Positions 48,726 to 60,534 of a stretch of DNA of 64,000 nt are shown piece after piece. Location of the stretch: contig OY969559.1 of the NCBI GenBank assembly GCA_963701075.1, positions 1,824,001-1,888,000 of the forward strand, in the 5' to 3' direction. Within the stretch, counting starts at the first letter, position 1. Each line of letters starts with the position of its first letter. A model generated the notes under the pieces. It saw only the letters and a list, made by a program, of their open reading frames with translations, did not search any database and was not told the DNA's origin. The position numbers were made by a program, and so were the translations under genes. The DNA is from an uncultured Nitrososphaerota archaeon. GTDB taxonomy: Archaea > Thermoproteota > Nitrososphaeria > Nitrososphaerales > Nitrosopumilaceae.

Positions 48726-49409
48726 CTATTGTAACATATTTAGTAATTGATTTACATCCGCTAGACGTAATTTTAGATTATCACGAGTGGTTGCGCTGAT
48801 AAAAATACTATCTACAAATGTTTGGAGGGATACTTTTGTTTCAGCAGGAAGACCGCTGACCATTAGCTTGTTAGGCAGCACTGTGGATAATTCTAAGAGT
48901 TTTCCCATGTTGATTGCCCTATCGCTTTCAACGGCAATCTGTACTTCTAGTTCAATCTTTATGTCATTCAGAAGTTCGATTACACCACTATAATCTGGAC
49001 GCTCGTGGTCATCAGTCTCTCCTTTCAATTTGTCTGACCATGATACCAATTTACCGTCCTGTTCAACTTTTATTGTGGTTTGTACCTTAACTCGAATTCC
49101 AATCGACCTAAAAAGCGTAAGAAGTTTTCCCCCATCAATAATTTCTGTAACCTCGCCAGACTGTAGCAACTCTGCAAGTTTTGCTACCACCATCCTGGTC
49201 TCTTCTGGAAATTGCGCCTCTGCATTTTCAAGAACTTCCAGGCCCCGATAACCAAGTTTTTTGACAACAATCTCTCGTGGCGATATAGCAGAAGCGGTCG
49301 GCTGATTTGTCTTTGATTCCTCAGTTTTCTGTTTTTTGGAGATGTTTTTTTGCATCTCAAGTAGTCGTTTTGCCTTCAAAAGTTCTAGTTCTTTGTCTTC
49401 CTCTGTCAT
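48726..49409 (-). CDS. PDCD5-like dsDNA-binding protein with C-terminal extension
   Basis: DKELELLKAKRLLEMQ, AEAQFP, LLTLFRSIGIRV...T.I. Confidence 0.65.
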   Translation of the reverse strand: MTEEDKELELLKAKRLLEMQKNISKKQKTEESKTNQPTASAISPREIVVKKLGYRGLEVLENAEAQFPEETRMVVAKLAELLQSGEVTEIIDGGKLLTLFRSIGIRVKVQTTIKVEQDGKLVSWSDKLKGETDDHERPDYSGVIELLNDIKIELEVQIAVESDRAINMGKLLELSTVLPNKLMVSGLPAETKVSLQTFVDSIFISATTRDNLKLRLADVNQLLNMLQ

Positions 49410-50857
49410 CCCTTGATTACCCCGATAGGAACGAGTTTAGCTACTTTTGTTGCTATTCCTAACTCATGAGATACATTTGCCACAGCGTCCACATCTTTGT
49501 ATGCCTCAGGTGTCTCCTCAACAACACCTTCCCTTGTAAGAGCTTTTATGAAAATTCCCTTGTCGCCAAGAGATTTTTGAACTTGACTCTCGGTGAAGCT
49601 GCGCCTTGCAGCTGATCTTGACATCATCCTTCCTGCACCGTGGGCAGTAGAACCAAAGCTCAAGTCCATTGAACCTGGTTTTCCCAAAAGAATCCAACTG
49701 CCTGTACCCATGGAGCCTGGAATAAAGACGGGTTGTCCCAAGTCTCGATATTTCAGCGGTATTTCATCTCGGCCTTTTGGAAATGCCCTTGTTGCGCCTT
49801 TTCTGTGAACTACCACTGATTGTAGCTCACCGTCAATTTTGTGTTTTTCAACCTTTGCTATATTATGAGCCACATCATAGATGAGTTTCATATCCAAATC
49901 TTCCTCTGTTTGCCCAAAGACTCGCTCAAATGCCTTTCTTGTCCAGTGTGTAATCATCTGTCTATTGCTCCAAGCAAAGTTCAATGCTGCAAACATTGCT
50001 TTTCTGTAAGATTCACCTTCCTCAGAAGAGTTTGGTACGCAAGCAAGTTCTCTATCGACTAGATTTATCTTGTATTTTTGAAGTGCTTGTTCAGATGTTC
50101 TGAGATAGTCACTGCAAACCTGATGCCCAAATCCTCGTGAACCACAATGAATTAGCACTGTAATTTGTCCTTCATTGTAAATTCCCATTCTGTTTGCGGC
50201 TTCTTTATCGTGAATTTGATCAACACGTTGAACCTCAAGAAAGTGATTTCCCGAACCAAGACTGCCAAGTTGTGGAGAACCCCGTTTGCGTGCAGTTTGT
50301 GACACTCTACTTGGGTCCGCATTTTTTATTTGACCGTTTTCTTCACATACATCTGCATCATCTTTTGAGCCATATCCATGATCTACTGCCCATTGCACCC
50401 CACGTACAAGAACCTCATCAAGATCTGAAGGGCTCAGTTTTACAGCTCCCTTTGAGCCAACCCCTGAAGGTATAGATTTGAAAAGCTCAAGTACGAGTTC
50501 CTTTAGTTTTGGTCTTACATCTTTTTCATGAAGATTTGTCCTTACCAGCCTTACACCACAATTAATGTCATAGCCAACTCCTCCAGGGCTTATCATCCCT
50601 TTTTCTGCATCCATGGCAGCCACTCCGCCAACTGGAAAGCCATATCCCTCATGACCATCAGGGAGTACCACTACGTGTTTTACAACTCCCGGTATCGTAG
50701 AAACATTTACAGCTTGAGTTATAGTCCTATCAGTTAGCATTTTTTGCAATAATCCTTCATCTGCATAGATCGTGACTGGAACCTTCATGCCTCTTGAAGC
50801 ATCTGCCTCAATGCGATATTCCATATTTCCTATTTTTTTGGGAATTAACGAAGTCAT
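49406..50857 (-). CDS. rtcB: RNA-splicing ligase RtcB
   Basis: PDGHEGYGFPVG, DINCG, GSGNHF, HRKGAT, HGAGR, EE.PEAYK. Confidence 0.96.
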   Translation of the reverse strand: MTSLIPKKIGNMEYRIEADASRGMKVPVTIYADEGLLQKMLTDRTITQAVNVSTIPGVVKHVVVLPDGHEGYGFPVGGVAAMDAEKGMISPGGVGYDINCGVRLVRTNLHEKDVRPKLKELVLELFKSIPSGVGSKGAVKLSPSDLDEVLVRGVQWAVDHGYGSKDDADVCEENGQIKNADPSRVSQTARKRGSPQLGSLGSGNHFLEVQRVDQIHDKEAANRMGIYNEGQITVLIHCGSRGFGHQVCSDYLRTSEQALQKYKINLVDRELACVPNSSEEGESYRKAMFAALNFAWSNRQMITHWTRKAFERVFGQTEEDLDMKLIYDVAHNIAKVEKHKIDGELQSVVVHRKGATRAFPKGRDEIPLKYRDLGQPVFIPGSMGTGSWILLGKPGSMDLSFGSTAHGAGRMMSRSAARRSFTESQVQKSLGDKGIFIKALTREGVVEETPEAYKDVDAVANVSHELGIATKVAKLVPIGVIKG

Positions 50858-51172
50858 TTCTTTCTGCGAAAAAGGATATTTGGACACAATTTAAATCATG
50901 AGTAACACTGGTTTCTGATTTCTATTTTATCAGCTTGGTGGTATGTCTATAAAGATCATGTAATCTTTTGCCATCAAGGGAAGATTCCTCATTATGATTA
51001 TCAATAGTATTGGCGCTATCCATGTCTTTTTTCTCTTCTTTTTTGATGGTATCCATACCCTCACGTTTGGATATTGATATAAAAGATTAGTGATAAATGG
51101 ATGAGACCAATGAGAGTTTAATTCACATCTTCTTCAAGTAGATTTATTTTGCTAGTATAGCTTACTTCAGAT

Positions 51173-52535
51173 ATGCCAATTCTGCCGATTGATGCTGGTC
51201 GTTATGGAACAGATGCCATGAAGGAAGTTTTCGATGATCAAAAAAAGATCCTGTACCAGCTGAGAGATCGAGGCAGCTGTAGCTCAATCACAATCAGAGA
51301 TAGGAATGATACCAAAAAGCGCAGCGCAAAATATTGCACAGATGGCAAGATCTGGAAAAATCACCACAAAAAGAGTGAAACAGCTAGAGGCAAAAAGTGA
51401 TCACGACACTGCAGCTCTAGTAGAGGCTCTCAGTGAGATATGCAAGTCTTCTTCAAGGCCTTGGATTCATTATGGTTTGACAAGCAATGATCTTGTTGAT
51501 ACCAGTAATTCTTTGCAGATGAGGGACACGATTCGCATAATAGAACCCAAGATAGCAAAACTTGCAATCATTTTAGCAGAATTAGCAGTAAAATACAAGG
51601 AAATGCCAGCAGTGGGAAGAACTCATGGTCAACACGCAAGCATAATTTCATTTGGTTTAAAATTTGCAAATCCTGCACTTGAGATGGCAAAACACATTGA
51701 AAGAATTGAAGAGGTAAAGAAGAGAATCTTAATTTGTAAGACTTTGGGTGTGGTTGGGACAGGTTCACTCATGGGAGCAAAGTCACTTGAAGTTCAAAAA
51801 AGAGTTGCAAGAAAACTTGCCTTGTTTCCTGCGGATGTTACAACTCAAGTGGTACCACGTGAAAGATATGCAGAATATGTTTTCGCTCTGGCATTAATTG
51901 GCTCTACGCTTGAAAAATTGGCAGTAGAGATACGAAATCTTCAAAGAACAGAGATAGGCGAAGTGGCAGAACCATTCAAGAAAGGACAGATGGGAAGTAG
52001 TGCGGTTCCAGTCAAGAGAAATCCAGTAAAAAGCGAGCGAGTCACATCACTTTCAAAGCTATTGCGAAGCCAGATTTCGGTAACATTTGAAAATATTCCT
52101 CTTTGGCACGAACGCGACCTTTCAAATTCTGCAAATGAGCGATTCATTCTTCCCACAAGTGCCATTCTCCTCGATGAGATGCTAGAAGCAATGACAAAAA
52201 TTCTAAGAGAATTGTACGTCAATGAAGAGCAAATCAAGAAAAATTTAGAATTCACAAAGGGTCAAATCTTTGCAGAATTTGTGCTTGAGGCACTCATAAA
52301 GAAAGGAGTTCCCAGATTTGAAGCATATAGAGACATACAACGTGTTGCGTTTGCGGCATTAGAAAATGGGATGGATTTCAGAGATGCAGTAAAAGATGAC
52401 GGCGCCATATCATCACACCTCACAGAAGAAGAGGTAGACAGCATTTTTGTTCCAGAAAATCACCTTGGTGCATCTGGCCAAATAATCAAAAACGTCTACA
52501 GTTTAGTCAAAAAGTCCTGTGTCAAGTTTTCTTGA
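51173..52535 (+). CDS. purB: Adenylosuccinate lyase (frameshift near 51263)
   Basis: GRYG, HYGLTSND, GRTHGQHA, GSSAVPVKRNP, HERDLSNS. Confidence 0.92.
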
Positions 52536-53283
52536 ATTTCATCAAATTTTTGTGAATAAGCGAGCCATACTGTAGCGCTTTTTTTCTTTTCAGTGCAGAA
52601 TCGCTTGGAACTCCAACTGACAGGGCCAGTTTTCGTATTATGTGTTTTCGAACCAAGTCATCCTTGTTTTTTATCTTTTCCTCAATTGGAATGGTTTTTG
52701 CAAAGGCAATAAATTCCTCAGAAAGTAGTGGTTGCAGTATTTTTACACCAAACCCCGAAGATACCACATCTACTGCCTTCATCATTTTAATTTCATTCTC
52801 AAGTTTTGACTCCATTAGAACCATAACAGCTTTTTCGCCATTTTCTATAACTTCCCTGTAAGCATTATACCCGCAAAAGAGTTCATCAATGCCATTTGCT
52901 GTAAGAATTTTTTTAATGCCATGCGTTTTTGCAAGTTTTGATACATAGTAGAAAGCTATACAATTCTCATTCCAAGAAAGATTGTCTGTCATTATTTTTA
53001 GTTTAATTTCTTTTGCAACACTAGAGAAAGATTCTTTTGATATAATGAAAGTGAAATGTTTGAATCCAAGCAAAGTTGCAATTTTCTTTGAAAATTCAAT
53101 ATCATGCGAGCCTTCAAATCCTATCGTAAGTAGCGTTACATCAAATCCAATGTCAGAGCAAATTTTTGCCAGTAGCGAACTATCAACACCTCCAGAAAAG
53201 GCTATTGCAATTTTTTTTGTTGTCAGTGTATTTTGTATTGCACGAATTATTTGCTCATGTATTTGCGTGACAGGATTTGCCAT
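52522..53283 (-). CDS. Asparagine-synthase C-terminal-like PP-loop protein
   Basis: AFSGGVDSS, GIDELFCGY, RKKALQYGS; no glutaminase domain. Confidence 0.8.
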   Translation of the reverse strand: MANPVTQIHEQIIRAIQNTLTTKKIAIAFSGGVDSSLLAKICSDIGFDVTLLTIGFEGSHDIEFSKKIATLLGFKHFTFIISKESFSSVAKEIKLKIMTDNLSWNENCIAFYYVSKLAKTHGIKKILTANGIDELFCGYNAYREVIENGEKAVMVLMESKLENEIKMMKAVDVVSSGFGVKILQPLLSEEFIAFAKTIPIEEKIKNKDDLVRKHIIRKLALSVGVPSDSALKRKKALQYGSLIHKNLMKFKKT

Positions 53284-53343
53284 TTGCTTACGATCTAGTA
53301 CTTTTTCTATGAGAGTTAAATATAGGATTCGCTAGGAAAAATC

Positions 53344-53631
53344 ATGACACTTGCCAAACTGACCGAGGAGCAAATCCAAAAAGAACTGGCAAATTTGCAA
53401 GGATGGAGTGTTGTAAATGGTAAACTGCACAAAGATTTTGTTTTTGCCGACTTTATAGAGGCCTTTGGCTTTATGACTAGAGCCGCCATCCACATAGAAA
53501 AGATGAACCATCATCCAGAGTGGTTTAATGTGTACAACAAGATCAAGGTGGAACTGGTAACTCATGATGCAGGCGGAATAACACAAAATGACATCAGCCT
53601 TGCAAAAACGCTCAACTCTTTGGCAAAATAG
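53344..53631 (+). CDS. Pterin-4a-carbinolamine dehydratase
   Basis: [20 protein letters not shown]. Confidence 0.93.
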   Translation: MTLAKLTEEQIQKELANLQGWSVVNGKLHKDFVFADFIEAFGFMTRAAIHIEKMNHHPEWFNVYNKIKVELVTHDAGGITQNDISLAKTLNSLAK

Positions 53632-53692
53632 CACTCGTACTAACACAACGGCCTGTACAGAATTTATATACGGACAGTCTAAAATTTTTCAA

Positions 53693-54514
53693 ATGCCAAG
53701 CGGTTCGGCAATTCTTGACTCGGATTTTCGCTATATCGACAAAAAAGGAAATCTCCTAAGGAGCAGGACAGAGCTTTCCATAGCTGAGATGCTAGCATTT
53801 CTTGGAGTGGAATATGAATACAATTACAGTCTTACGTTGAAAAATGGAAATAAAGTTAACGTCGACTTTAAGACTGAAAAAGGACTCATAGAGGTAATAG
53901 ATGATGAAAAAGACATAACAAAATACAAGGAATTAAAACAAGAAAATATAGATGCAAAAATAATTGCCATTGGCCATCCAAAACTTGCTGCCAAGCTAAA
54001 AGAGCTTGAAGACATAGTACTTTACAAAACAAAAGATGTTCAGACTGGTTCGATCTTCATCGAGGATCCCTCGTTTGCATTTGATTATGCACATATCTTG
54101 CCGCTGGTAGAAAAATGCTCTATCCTTCATGGCCATACGTCATCAGTTATGGTAGAACTTGTAGGAGAGATGAAAAATAACCTACTTGTTGATTTTGGAG
54201 AAGCAAAAAAGATTATCAAGGAAGTCATTTCAATTCTAGACCACAAGTTCTTCATCAACAGAAGATATCTTGCAAAAGAAGATGATCTTCATTACAATAT
54301 CGCATTTGATGGTCCCAAAGGAAAATTCGATCTCCGGGTTCCAAAAAATACAACATATCTACTAGAGGGAGAAGCCACAGTTGAAAACCTGTCAACTGAA
54401 ATAATAAAACTTCTAGTTCCCAAGATGCCAAAGAACATAGAAGCGGTTGGGGTATACGTCTACGAGGGCTATAACAAAGGGGCCCACATTATTTCACAGA
54501 TCTCAAGATCATAG
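53693..54514 (+). CDS. QueD/PTPS protein with an extra N-terminal nuclease-fold-like domain
   Basis: FDYAH, C..LHGH, VDFG, LDHK, ATVENL, VYEG. Confidence 0.8.
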   Translation: MPSGSAILDSDFRYIDKKGNLLRSRTELSIAEMLAFLGVEYEYNYSLTLKNGNKVNVDFKTEKGLIEVIDDEKDITKYKELKQENIDAKIIAIGHPKLAAKLKELEDIVLYKTKDVQTGSIFIEDPSFAFDYAHILPLVEKCSILHGHTSSVMVELVGEMKNNLLVDFGEAKKIIKEVISILDHKFFINRRYLAKEDDLHYNIAFDGPKGKFDLRVPKNTTYLLEGEATVENLSTEIIKLLVPKMPKNIEAVGVYVYEGYNKGAHIISQISRS

Positions 54515-54518
54515 TGAC

Positions 54519-56841
54519 ATGGAACCAAAGATAAAGGAAACAGCATGGAATCCTGAGATTGAAAAGCAGATTTTAAAACAATGGGAAGACTCTAGAGCCT
54601 ACGAGTTCAAGCCCCAAGGAGAGATTTTCGTAATTGATACTCCTCCGCCATATCCATCTGGAAGACCTTGGCACATAGGAGCAGCTGCTCATTATGCACA
54701 GATAGACATGATAGCAAGAACTGCAAGGATGACAGGAAAGAGCGTACTCTTTCCAATAGGAATTGACAGAAATGGCCTACCTGTAGAGATGTACACAGAG
54801 AAAAAGCACAACATAAGGATGCATGAGACAGACAGAGCAGAGTTTCTGAAATTGTGCGCCACTGCACTTGATGACCTTGAGGCCGAGATGATTCAGATAA
54901 TGAAAAACCTTGGACTTAGCGGAAACTTTTCAGAATATTATAGAACTGATTCCGAACAATATCGAGCCCTTACGCAGGCCACGTTTATAGAATTGTGGAA
55001 AAAGGGTCTGATATACATTGCAAATAGACCAAATAACTACGACTGGATTACTGGAACCACTATTGCAGATGCAGAAATAACCTATGAAGAAATTCCAACT
55101 AAACTAGTTTACATGAGATTTAAGATAAAAAATTCTGACAAAGTTCTCACCATAGCTAGTACCAGGCCTGAGCTTTTGTGTGCATGTCAGGCAATAATTG
55201 TAAACCCAGAGGATGAGAGACATATTGATTCCATAGGCAATAGTGCAATAATTCCCGTTATCAACAGAGAGGTTCAGATTAGAACTCACCCTTCAGCAGA
55301 AATGGAATTTGGTTCAGGAGCCGTGATGGTTTGCAGTTATGGTGATCAAAACGATGTTGCGTTATTCAGAGAACTCAAACTACAAGAGATTGTAGCTATT
55401 GGCAAAAATGGCAGAATGACCGAAGTTGCAGGGCAATATGCAGGACTCAAAGTAAAACAGGCAAGAGAAAAGATAATCGAGGACCTTCAAAACCAAGGCT
55501 TGGTCGAGAAGGTAGAAAACATCAATCACAGAACCCCCATTTCCGAGAGGAGTAAGGCACCAATTGAGATAATCCCCATGGAAGAATATTATCTAAAGCA
55601 AAAAGAGTCCGTAGGAAAAATCAAGGAATTAGGCTCCAAGATTGTCTTTCATCCTTCCATGCACAAACAAATCCTCATGAATTGGCTAGAATCAATAACC
55701 ATTGACTGGCCTATTTCAAGAAGGAGATTTTACGGAACAGAGATTCCAATATGGTACTGCAAAAAATGTTCAGAGCCGCACATACCTGAACCTGGCAAAT
55801 ATTACAAACCATGGAAAGATCCAAGCCCCATCTCAAAATGTACAAAATGTGGTGCAACTGAGTTTGTCGGAGAGGAAAGAACGTTTGATACTTGGATGGA
55901 TTCAAGCGTCTCACCGCTATATGTCTCAAAATATGGTCATGACGAAGAATTTTTCAAAAAGACTTATCCTGCAACAATCAGACCACAGTCCAAAGATATC
56001 GTGAGAACGTGGCTCTATTACACAATCTTGAGGTGCGAACAGACTTACTGGACAGACACCATGGAGTGAGGCATGGATTATGGGCTATGGTGTTGATGAA
56101 CATGGAGCAAAAATGAGCAAAAGTAAGGGAAATGTTATCGATCCCCTCCCGGTAATTCAAAAATTTGGCGCAGATACATTTCGATTCTGGAGTGCAAGCG
56201 AGATAAATCTTGGTTATGACTTTAGATGCTCTGAGCAAAAAATTGAAACCACAAAGAAATTTCTAAGCAAACTCTGGAACATATCTAGATTCCTATCAGG
56301 CTTTCCAATTGTCAGGTCAGTCAAAACATATCCTGCAGATAAATGGATACTATCAGAATTGGATAAAGTTGTATCAGAATGCAAGAAGGGATTTGATGAT
56401 TACAACTTTTTTGTCCCTTCAACTAGCATTCGCGAGTTTACATGGAATTTATTTGCAGCACATTATATTGAAATGGTGAAAGGCCGTGCATACAGCAGCA
56501 GTTTTAGTGAAGAAGAAAGAGATGCGGCAATTTTCACACTGCACAAAGTTCTTTCCACACTGCTTCTTCTTCTTGCACCGATAACACCATTTATCACAGA
56601 TTATCTTTGGCAGGCTCTATACTCTGATAAAACAATTCACACGGAAAAGTTTCCACAGCAAGAAAATCACGAAGACTGGACAAGATTCACAAAACCAATT
56701 ACAGAGTTTAACTCTAACGTATGGAATAAGAAAAAGGAACAAAACCTATCTTTGAAGGATTCAATTGAGATGGGCATTCCTGATGAGTTGCAACAGTTTG
56801 CAAAGGACTTGCAAGCCATGCATAACCTAAAGTCCCAATAG
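54519..56841 (+). CDS. valS: Valyl-tRNA synthetase (frameshift near 56043)
   Basis: DTPPPY, HIGA, DWPISRR, DTWMDSS; KMSKS in the second frame. Confidence 0.93.
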
Positions 56842-56913
56842 ATTCCTTTTTTCAAAGCCGAGTTTCAAAAATTATATTTCCTTTAAATAGTGATTTTTGA
56901 CTATGCTATGTAA

Positions 56914-57912
56914 TTGAAGGCAGTAGTAATTAGAAAACACGGCGGCCCAGATGTTTTGTCATATGAAGAAATCGATGGGCCGCAGACAACCAAGGGTCAT
57001 GCAATAGTTAAAGTGGATTATTGTGCGGTAAACCACCTTGACATATGGGTTAGAAACGGTTTGCCTGGTAAGCAAGTTTTATTTCCTCATATTCTAGGCT
57101 GCGATATTTCTGGCACCCTTGTAGAGGGCTTTGGAAAATTCAAGAAAGGTGACAAGGTCATAGTGCACCCAGCCATACAAAGCGATGTACCAAGAACATC
57201 ATTTTCCATCATAGGAGGTTTTGGCAAGTATCATGGAGGCTATGCAGAGTTGGTTCGAGTTCCACAAAAAAACATTGTAAAAAAACCAAGTTGGTTTACC
57301 GACATGGAAGCATGTGCATTGAACGTATCATATCTTACTGCATGGAACATGCTTGAAAGATCCAGATGCAAAGAAGGCGATACCGTATTCATTTGGGGTG
57401 CAAACAGCGGTGTTGGCTCTGCTGCAATACTGCTTGCCAAGGCAAGAGGTTTTAGAATCATAACGGTTGTATCAAATGAAGATAAGACAGGCCTTGCAAG
57501 AAAACTTGGCGCGCATCTAGTCATAGATAGAAACAAGTCAGACGTAATGGCTGAGACGCTAAAGTATACCAACAACCAAGGCGTTGATGCAGTAATTGAT
57601 CATGTCGGAGCAAAGACATGGCCAACAAGTATCGAGATACTCAAGGTAGGCGGAAAAATGATTGCCTGCGGTACCACCACCGGAGGAGAAGCTAATGTAA
57701 ACATTAGAGCTTTGTACAGCAAGGAGGCAAGCATAATTGGCGCATATCTTGGTACAAAATTACAGTTAATTGCACTGCATAAATTCATGAAATCAAATAA
57801 AATAAGGCCAATAATTGACAGCGTATTTTCCCTCAAAGATGCCCAGCTAGCGCATCAAAAGATGGAAGAGGGCTCTCAGTTTGGAAAGATAATCCTAAAG
57901 GTTTCTCACTGA
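56914..57912 (+). CDS. MDR-family alcohol dehydrogenase/quinone oxidoreductase
   Basis: NHLD.W, ILGCD, GANSGVG, GKIIL. Confidence 0.88.
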   Translation: MKAVVIRKHGGPDVLSYEEIDGPQTTKGHAIVKVDYCAVNHLDIWVRNGLPGKQVLFPHILGCDISGTLVEGFGKFKKGDKVIVHPAIQSDVPRTSFSIIGGFGKYHGGYAELVRVPQKNIVKKPSWFTDMEACALNVSYLTAWNMLERSRCKEGDTVFIWGANSGVGSAAILLAKARGFRIITVVSNEDKTGLARKLGAHLVIDRNKSDVMAETLKYTNNQGVDAVIDHVGAKTWPTSIEILKVGGKMIACGTTTGGEANVNIRALYSKEASIIGAYLGTKLQLIALHKFMKSNKIRPIIDSVFSLKDAQLAHQKMEEGSQFGKIILKVSH

Positions 57913-58138
57913 CAAATTGCCTGCAATCACAATCTAGTACTAGGCATGTCTCTTTTGTTCTGATATGATCATCTATTGAATGGCCGCATTTTACATTTTT
58001 ACATATGCGCCTTGTTTCTTCTCTTTGGACAACTTTTTGGGCTATCTGATTTGCCTGTTCTTTAGAATATCCTTTTTTGTCAATGTAATAGTGTACCACC
58101 CTGTTGTACAATTCACTTGGATCAAACCTACGGCTCAT
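57833..58138 (-). CDS. Small Cys/His-rich hypothetical protein
   Basis: C...CGH...DH.....C...CDC..F; 3' end overlaps the convergent MDR gene. Confidence 0.6.
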   Translation of the reverse strand: MSRRFDPSELYNRVVHYYIDKKGYSKEQANQIAQKVVQREETRRICKNVKCGHSIDDHIRTKETCLVLDCDCRQFVSEKPLGLSFQTESPLPSFDALAGHL

Positions 58139-58182
58139 CGTACAGATAATATCACATCAAAACATTTTAAGTTGCTGAGTAA

Positions 58183-60474
58183 CTAGTGCAGGAGATTTTC
58201 TCTTTCACGCAATATGTTAAGGGCAGATCCTGCCTGAAACCACTTTATCTGGAAATTGTTGTAAGAGTGGTTTAGCAATATACTCTCCTTTGTGCCATCT
58301 TCATGATTTATGTATGCTTGCAGCTGTTTGCCTGGCTGCATCTCTGAGAGTCCAACTATGCTTACCCTGTCAGTTTCTCTAATCTTGTCATAGTCAGCTG
58401 GATTGGCAAATGTTAGTGCAAGTACGCCTTGTTTTTTCAAATTAGTTTCGTGAATTCTTGCAAAACTTCTCACTATCACAGAGGCGCATCCAAGATATCT
58501 TGGAGACATGGCAGCATGTTCTCTGCTACTGCCCTCGCCATAGTTGTAATCACCTATTACAACCCACCTTAGTCCCTTGCCTTTGTACTGTCTTGCTATA
58601 CTTGGAAAAGTATCCATGGCACCAGTGAGGAGATTTTTTCCTTTTCCCACTTCGTTGTTGTAAGCATTGACTGCACCCAAGAAAACATTGTCACTGATTT
58701 TATCAAGATGGCCTCTAAATTGCAGCCAAGAACCTGCAGGCGATATATGATCTGTTGTACATTTTCCTTTTGCCTTCAATAGAATGGGCAAGTTTACAAA
58801 ATCTTTTCCATCCCATTTTGCAAATGGTTCAAGTTTTTGAAGCCTGTTGCTATTTCCAGGAATTGTCACTGCTACAAGATCTGGAATTTCAGAAGGTGGG
58901 ACGTAGACGTCTTTTACACTTTTGAATCCTAGCGGTGGAATCTCTAGTGCCTTTTTTGGAGGCTCTAGTGTGAATTTTTTGCCATCAGACGCGGTAATTT
59001 GGTCTTTCAGGGGGTTAAATGACAACCTTCCTCCAAGAGCAAGTGCAACAATTAGTTCTGGGCTTCCTATGAAGTTCATTGTTTCTCTTCTGCCATCGTT
59101 TCTTCCCGGAAAATTCCTGTTGTATGAGGTGATGATAGTGTTAGGTTCACCAGGCTTTAGTTCCGGTCTTTGCCATTGTCCAATACACGGCCCACATGCA
59201 TTTGCCAATACAGTTGCTCCAACTTGTTGCAGGGTCTCCATCTGTCCATCCCTTTCTATTGTAGCACGTATCTGCTCAGAGCCTGGAGTTACTAAGAGTG
59301 GTATCTTTACCTTCAACCCTTTGGCTTTTGCTTGCTCTGCTACATTTGCTGCTCTTGTCATGTCCTCGTAAGAAGAATTTGTGCAACTACCAATTAACGC
59401 AACAGATATGGTATCAAGATAATTGTTTTTCTTGACATCCTCTGCAAGCTGCGAGATTGGCCTTGCAAGGTCTGGCGTATGTGGACCTACTACATACGGT
59501 TCAAGTTTTGAAAGATCAACTTCAATTATTTTATCAAAATATTTTTCTGGATGTTGTTCAACATCTGGGTCTGCAGCAAGTGAGTCTTTGTGGGTATTTG
59601 CGATATCGGCAATTTTTTCACGGCCTGTCGCTCTAAGATAGGTTTCCATTTTTTCATCGTATGGAAATAATGAGCATGTAACTCCGATCTCTGCGCCCAT
59701 GTTAGTTATTGTTGCCTTTCCTGTACAGCTTATTGTTCTAGCACCAGGCCCAAAGTATTCCAAAATGGCGTTTGTTCCGCCTGAAACCGTAAGCTTTGAT
59801 GCAACGTATAATATGATGTCTTTAGGTGCAGTCCAGCCACTTAGTTCGCCTTTTAGATTAATGCCAATTCTTTTTGGATACAAAAGCTCCCAAGGAAAGC
59901 CAGCCATAACTTCAGCTGCGTCCAGTCCTCCAACTCCCACTGCCACCATCCCAAGCCCTCCTGCGTTTGGAGTATGAGAGTCAGTTCCTATCATCAGCCC
60001 TCCAGGGAATGCATAATTTTCTAAAACTACTTGATGTATTATTCCGGCACCTGGTCTCCAAAATCCTAAACCGAATTTTCGTGAGGCAGATTCAAGAAAC
60101 TTGTAGACTTCGCTATTTTCATCAAGAGCTAGCCTAGTGTCTTCTTCGCTTCCCACTCTTGCTTGTATGAGATGATCACAATGCACTGTGCTTGGGAGTG
60201 CAACCCGTTTTAATCCAGATTGCATGAATTGCAATATTACCATCTGACCCGTAACGTCCTGCAATGCTACTCTATCGGGTTTGAGAAAGACATAGGACTT
60301 GCCAGGCTCAAAGTCCTTGGCAGTATCAATATCTTCCAAGTGGCCAGCAAGAATCTTTTCTGCCAGGGTTAATGGTCGGTTTATTACTTTACGATATTTT
60401 GAAATATTTTCTTCTAGTTTTTTGTAGACTCCGGAAACAAGCTCAGGAGTTGTCCCTATATCCATGATAAACAT
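58183..60474 (-). CDS. acnA: Aconitate hydratase
   Basis: HCDH, DSHT, GSCTN, ACGPCIG, NRNF, TTDHISPAG, GSSREHA. Confidence 0.95.
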   Translation of the reverse strand: MFIMDIGTTPELVSGVYKKLEENISKYRKVINRPLTLAEKILAGHLEDIDTAKDFEPGKSYVFLKPDRVALQDVTGQMVILQFMQSGLKRVALPSTVHCDHLIQARVGSEEDTRLALDENSEVYKFLESASRKFGLGFWRPGAGIIHQVVLENYAFPGGLMIGTDSHTPNAGGLGMVAVGVGGLDAAEVMAGFPWELLYPKRIGINLKGELSGWTAPKDIILYVASKLTVSGGTNAILEYFGPGARTISCTGKATITNMGAEIGVTCSLFPYDEKMETYLRATGREKIADIANTHKDSLAADPDVEQHPEKYFDKIIEVDLSKLEPYVVGPHTPDLARPISQLAEDVKKNNYLDTISVALIGSCTNSSYEDMTRAANVAEQAKAKGLKVKIPLLVTPGSEQIRATIERDGQMETLQQVGATVLANACGPCIGQWQRPELKPGEPNTIITSYNRNFPGRNDGRRETMNFIGSPELIVALALGGRLSFNPLKDQITASDGKKFTLEPPKKALEIPPLGFKSVKDVYVPPSEIPDLVAVTIPGNSNRLQKLEPFAKWDGKDFVNLPILLKAKGKCTTDHISPAGSWLQFRGHLDKISDNVFLGAVNAYNNEVGKGKNLLTGAMDTFPSIARQYKGKGLRWVVIGDYNYGEGSSREHAAMSPRYLGCASVIVRSFARIHETNLKKQGVLALTFANPADYDKIRETDRVSIVGLSEMQPGKQLQAYINHEDGTKESILLNHSYNNFQIKWFQAGSALNILRERENLLH

Positions 60475-60534
60475 ATTGATAATAATCTGAATTTAATATA
60501 AATGGTCCCTAGGGCAGGTTAGAAAATACTAGAT

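Noticed and set aside
50920-51060. 44-aa minus-strand ORF upstream of rtcB
   Set aside because: No motif or other support
54519-56841. Programmed frameshifting or a naturally split valS (likewise purB, pdxS, mtnP)
   Set aside because: No slippery sites or shared signals; scattered single-base indels across unrelated genes fit sequencing error
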